Source of the DNA: Octopus bimaculoides
Lineage: Eukaryota
Direction: 5' to 3'
Assembly (NCBI RefSeq): GCF_001194135.2
Contig: NC_068986.1
Span: 2,455,017-2,519,016, forward strand
Length of the DNA stretch: 64,000 nucleotides
In this document: positions 59,335 to 64,000 of the stretch, one piece after another
Numbering within the stretch: the stretch's first letter is position 1
How the letters are laid out: each line of letters starts with the position of its first letter
The notes under the pieces: model-generated
What the model was told of the DNA's origin: nothing
Databases searched by the model: none
The model's input: only the letters and a program-made list of their open reading frames with translations
Translations under genes and position numbers: made by a program

Positions 59335-60325
59335 AAGTAGCAATCAAGTGCACCAATTATTACAGCAATAATTGTTGTCTTAGTCTTTCACAGTCTCCTC
59401 AACGCTCTGGCGAGATCCAGATATTTCTCCATGTTTTCAATTTCTTTGCTATCAGCTCTACAATCATAGGGAATCACAAAATCTGTGACCTTAACACTGT
59501 TTATTTTGTCCTTCCCTTGCTTCAGTTGTATTGTCAGTCTTTATAAGGAAGTCCTACAAGATCCTGTAATTCTCAGTTTCTATCACAGCCTTTGGTTCAT
59601 ATTCATACTACTTTTCTTTTATTTTGAAGTCACACACTCATCTAATATCCTGATGCACTCTTTTGTTGACATAGTCATGCCTACACTTATACTCCTTTTG
59701 TGCTAGTTTACTGCACTCACTCAAAATATGATTGATAACTTCAGCTCCTTTACTGCAGATTCTACATTTGCTGTCTGAGTGAGTTTTTTTTTTTGAGCTT
59801 TGCCTTTATCAGATTTATTCTAAGGGTTTGTTCCAGAATGGCTTTAATTAGCAATTCTGTCACTCATTTCAAGTTCCTGTCAGCATTCTTTACTTTCAAC
59901 TTTCTTGGTTAGTTCCATGAATTGACCATGTAATTACATTTCTTTCCATTTGCTTGTTCTATGGTTCTTCCTTTTCTCTTTGATTTCTCCGTCTGTTCCA
60001 GTCACCCTTTTTTTTCCTCTGGTGGGGAGTGAGGCAGATATCTTTGGCTGCAAATAGTATACTTACTTTACTCTGCACAACATAATTTTTCAGACCCAGT
60101 ATGAACACTATGAACAGTGTTTTCAGCATTTAGTAATCCATTGGCACCTTTCTTTCTTGGTAGGTGGAGTCTGTCAGTATTTCTCTAGAGTGGTGGTCAT
60201 CATGCATTGTGAACAACTTTCAAGTTCTTCTATCCAAGTCCTGTAGCTTGATCTTTGTCCATTTCAAAAAGGGAGCAAAGTACCACAGTACTGGCATAAC
60301 CCATGTATTTATGGCTTTGATGACC
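59335..60325 (-). mobile_element. Decayed R4/Dong-type non-LTR retrotransposon: end of RT, CCHC knuckle and REL endonuclease
   Basis: PVLWYFAPFLKWTKIKLQDLDRRT; CRICSKGAEVINHILSECSKLAQKEYKCRHD; DFVIPYDCRADSKEIENMEKYLDLARALRRL. Confidence 0.85.
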
Positions 60326-61584
60326 CTGTGCCAAAACTTGAAACCATTATTTATTATCATCATTATTTTACCGATGACGACAACAACGACAATGACAACA
60401 GCAACAATGATGATGACGTTTACTATGAATATTTTCTGACTAAAATTAATTCTGGAACAAACAATGGAAACCTAAGAATAACTGAAGTGGACTTAAGTAG
60501 ATTAATTCTATTAATTCTTTTGTATCTACAGACATTTGGCACAGTTTCAGTCATATATAATGTTGATCATGCTGTTGTTGTTGTTGTTGTCGATTTAATA
60601 CACTGTGATATGTTATTTTGCTGTCCAATTTGTTATTCTTAACATTTCTGGCATAATTTCCATTGCGTACTGATCATAGGACAAGACATAGCATTAAAAA
60701 CAAAAAAAACTAACAAACCATGTTATTACTTTAAATATCATACTGTTACCATCATGTCTGACCATTATGGTGCCAATAAAGATATACTATGTTTGGTTAT
60801 AATACTTATTTAATCTCTGATTGGCAGAATAATTGGAAGAGATTTCAAAGGAAAGTATTTGTGAAATATAGCAGGCATGGCTGTATGGCTGAGTGGTTAA
60901 GAAGCTTGCTCTGCAGCTGTGTGATTCCAGGTTCAGTCCCATTATGCAGCACCTTGGGCAAGTGTCTTCTTTTATAGCCCCTCAGTTGACCGATACTTTG
61001 TGAGTGAACTTGGTAGATGGAAACTGTATGGAAAACCTGTTGTATATTTATATATGTACTTGTGTGTGTTTGTCCCCCACCTCACTGGTGTTAGTTTGTT
61101 TACATCTTTGTAACTTAGCAGTTCAACAAAAGAGACCAATAGAATCAGACTTAAAAAATAAGTATCAGGATCGATTTGTTTGACTAAAACCCTTCAAGGT
61201 GAGATTTGAGAGAGATTTTACTGCTATATCTAACACCCTGAGCAACTATCTGGCAACGTCTTCATTGGTTCAAGTTCAGGCTGTTGTTGTAGACATTGTC
61301 CTTTCCCAGGTCAGCCATGATCAGGTAGTCCTATAACCAAAGGCATTCCATCTGTGCACAGGGTATAATATGAGGGAGATTTGGCTTCTGTTTCTAGCAG
61401 ACTAAACAGCCATGTATAGACTTCTTTGGTGGCTCTATACACAGCAAAATAATAAGGGTAGTTATTTATTTTTAACAATTTAGTAGGAGGAAGAAAAGAC
61501 AATGCCTGTGATTATTCGAAGTTAAACTCCCAAACTGTTGAAAGCGATGTGGCTGATATCCAGCCCGAAATAGTCAACCACTTC

Positions 61585-61826
61585 TGGTTGTTGTTGTTGT
61601 TCTTGTTCTTGATCTTGTTGTACCGGTCAGATCTATCATCAAAAAATACTGTGAACAAGTAACACACTTCAATGTAATCTTCACAAATATGGGTGGGTAA
61701 TAAATCACTGCTGCTGCTGTTGTTGTTGTTGTTGTTGTCGTCGTTGTTGTTGTTGCTGCTGCTGCTACTGCTGCTGCTGCTGTTGTTGTTGATGTTGCCA
61801 TCATTGTCATCATCGTTGTTGTTGTG
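61585..61826. repeat. Compound (GTT)n/(GCT)n trinucleotide tract
   Basis: Directly visible; encodes poly-N/S, poly-T/A or poly-Q depending on the minus-strand frame. Confidence 0.9.
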
Positions 61827-62289
61827 GTAAGAAGCTGGGAGAGTCATTAGGATGTCAGAAAATATGCCTCGCCGCATTTATTCTGACTCCTTATGTTCTG
61901 AGTTCAAATCCCGCTGAAGTCAACTTTGCTTTTTAGCCTTTCAGGATTAACTTTACCATTCAGCCTTTCAGGGTCAATAAAATAAAGTACCAGTCAAGTA
62001 ATAGAGCAAATGGTATCAACTTACATTTTTTTCCCTCAAAATAACTGGCTCCATTGTCTCTTAAGAAAGAAAACCATTAAAAGACTAGCAAAATCATTGG
62101 TGCACTGGAAAAACGTTTGGCAATATTTGTCTTAGCTGTTTATGTTCTGAGTTCAAATCTTTCTTGGGTCAACTTTGCCTTTCATGTTTTTTGGGCTCAA
62201 TAAAATTAAGTACCAGTCATGTACTGGGGTTGACATCATTGACATAACCCCTCATCTCAAAATTGCTAGCCTTATATCAAAATTAGAAA

Positions 62290-62449
62290 GGTGTAGGAGT
62301 GGCTGTGAGGTAAGAAGCTTGCTTCCCAGCCACGTGATTCTGGGTCCAGTCCCACAGCATGGCACCTCGGGCAAGTGTCTTCTATTATAGCCTTGGGTCA
62401 ACCAAATCCTTGTGAGTGGATTTCGTAGAGGGAAACTGAAAGAAACCTG

Positions 62450-62497
<48 letters not shown>

Positions 62498-62721
62498 GTA
62501 TGCATATATTTGTGTGTGTGTCTATGTTTGTCCCCCCACCATCATTTGACAACCGATGTTGGTGTGTTTACATCCCCGTAACTTAGTGGTTCATCAAAAG
62601 AGACCGATAGAATAAGTACTAGGCTTACAAAGAATAAGTCCTGGGGTCGATTTGTTCGACTAAAGGTGGTGCTCCTGCATGGCCACAGTCAAATGACTGA
62701 AACAAGTAAAAGAGTAAAAGA
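62290..62721 (+). mobile_element. Octopus-type SINE with internal (TA)n and AAAGAGTA tail, full length
   Basis: GGCTGTGxGGTAAGAAGCTTGCTT...CCTxGGGCAAGTGTCTTCTA...GACTGAAACAAGTAAAAGAG. Family copies at about 5805-6100, 9470-10140 (minus), 19160-19290, 33318-33392 (minus), 41205-41325, 42620-42790, 44025-44618, 55615-55770, 60872-61200. Confidence 0.8.
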
Positions 62722-63819
62722 ATTATTATTGCTGTTACTATTGTTAAGTTGGCAGAATCTTTGGCACATCAGGTGAAAGGCTTAGGAACATTTCTTCCAA
62801 TTTCTTACCTTCTGAGTTCAAATGAGCTTCTTAACCACATAGCCATGCAGCCATTGGCATCTTGCTGTACCCAAGAAGACCCCTACTGCACAGCAAAAGT
62901 GTTGAGGCTGGTCCCTGGTAGAGACGATTGGCTTGCAAGAGTCCTGTGTCAGTGCCACGTAAAGAGCACTCATATGATACCATGTAATTTGCTGTAGCAG
63001 ATGTTACTGCAATTTGAACCAGGAACCCCCAACTTTATTTTAAAGGATGTGTATAGGAAATTGGTCTTGTGGTGGATTGGAATGAATATAATTAACAAAG
63101 ATAAAAGTAAGGAGAAGAAGAAAGTAAAGAAAATTGAGGGGGGGGGAGGAAGAACAAGAACAATGATGAAGAAGAAGAAGAAGAAGCTTTTGTATTTAGC
63201 TATCAGTTTTTCTTTGCGAATATATGGAGTTTGTGGTGTGTGTGTGTAAGTATTTTGTGGTTCTGTTTATATTTAACGTCTTCAGGCAAAAAAAAATGAA
63301 AGAAAACTCTGTGTCCATTGGTTGAACAGTAATAGTAACCGAAATACAGATAAACCACCAATTCTTCAGAGAAACTTTTATTCACCTCATTTTCACAGTA
63401 AATAAATGACACTGTAATAGCCCACACATTCACACAAACATGCACGTCCATATGCACACACATATGCACAAATGATGCCATCTTTCATGCTTTCTTAGGT
63501 TCCTGCATACAGGCGTCATTCACATGCCAGACATGCGCTGTCACCATGAGCAGTCAGAGACAGACCACAACACAAAACAAAATATCCTTTAACTAGGACA
63601 TGATAACCCGGTCTCTCTCAACTGCACAAACCTACAATCATTGCACACATCAAAGAATCACATCACACACATACATATAAATACAGACTCTTCTATGTAT
63701 AGATTCACAGTTAAATTCTTTAATGTTAATGTAAATTTTAGGCATTCTTGACAATCCCTCTCAGTGACATCATATATCTATCTGCTTGTCTATATATCTG
63801 TCTTTCTCTCTCTCTTTTG

Positions 63820-63861
<42 letters not shown>

Positions 63862-64000
63862 ATATATATACATATATACATATACACAGACACGACAGAA
63901 GTAAACAGACACCCCATAGAACATCGTTTATGATTATTATAACTTGTAAAGGACTGTTACAATAAGTGTGTGAATCTGAGAGGGGAATTTGTTGGATAAA

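Noticed and set aside
60328-60642. 104-aa ORF with D/N runs
   Set aside because: Built from trinucleotide microsatellites adjacent to a LINE relic.

Overview
AT-rich, repeat-dense animal genomic DNA. The SINE/MITE families and intron style point to an octopus (coleoid cephalopod); that assignment is by recognition, not by database search. Two spliced genes can be fully reconstructed, arranged head-to-head. MED31 (Mediator subunit 31) is on the minus strand with 4 exons, 17132->11886, 211 aa, and a polyQ/Gly-rich tail. INTS2 (Integrator subunit 2) is on the plus strand with 23 exons, 21530->52853, 3534 nt, 1177 aa; all introns are GT-AG and all phases are consistent. The rest is mostly transposon debris: a hAT/Charlie-type transposase remnant with an intact right end, mariner fragments, R4/Dong-type and RTE LINE fragments, at least four SINE-like families, several MITE families, microsatellites and three N gaps. 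There are no CRISPR arrays, rRNA genes or intact tRNA genes. Structure not explained by these features: (i) two unrelated perfect palindromes (66 and 50 bp), both centred on TTAA|TTAA; (ii) three hammerhead-ribozyme-like cores on the minus strand in the first 1.6 kb, probably Penelope-type relics; (iii) several long inverted repeats inside the INTS2 pre-mRNA, some bracketing exons, which are candidate ADAR or back-splicing structures; (iv) a 706-bp foldback element with an 8-bp TSD; (v) a possible alternative first exon of MED31. I see no firm evidence for a wholly new multi-gene system; these items are leads.
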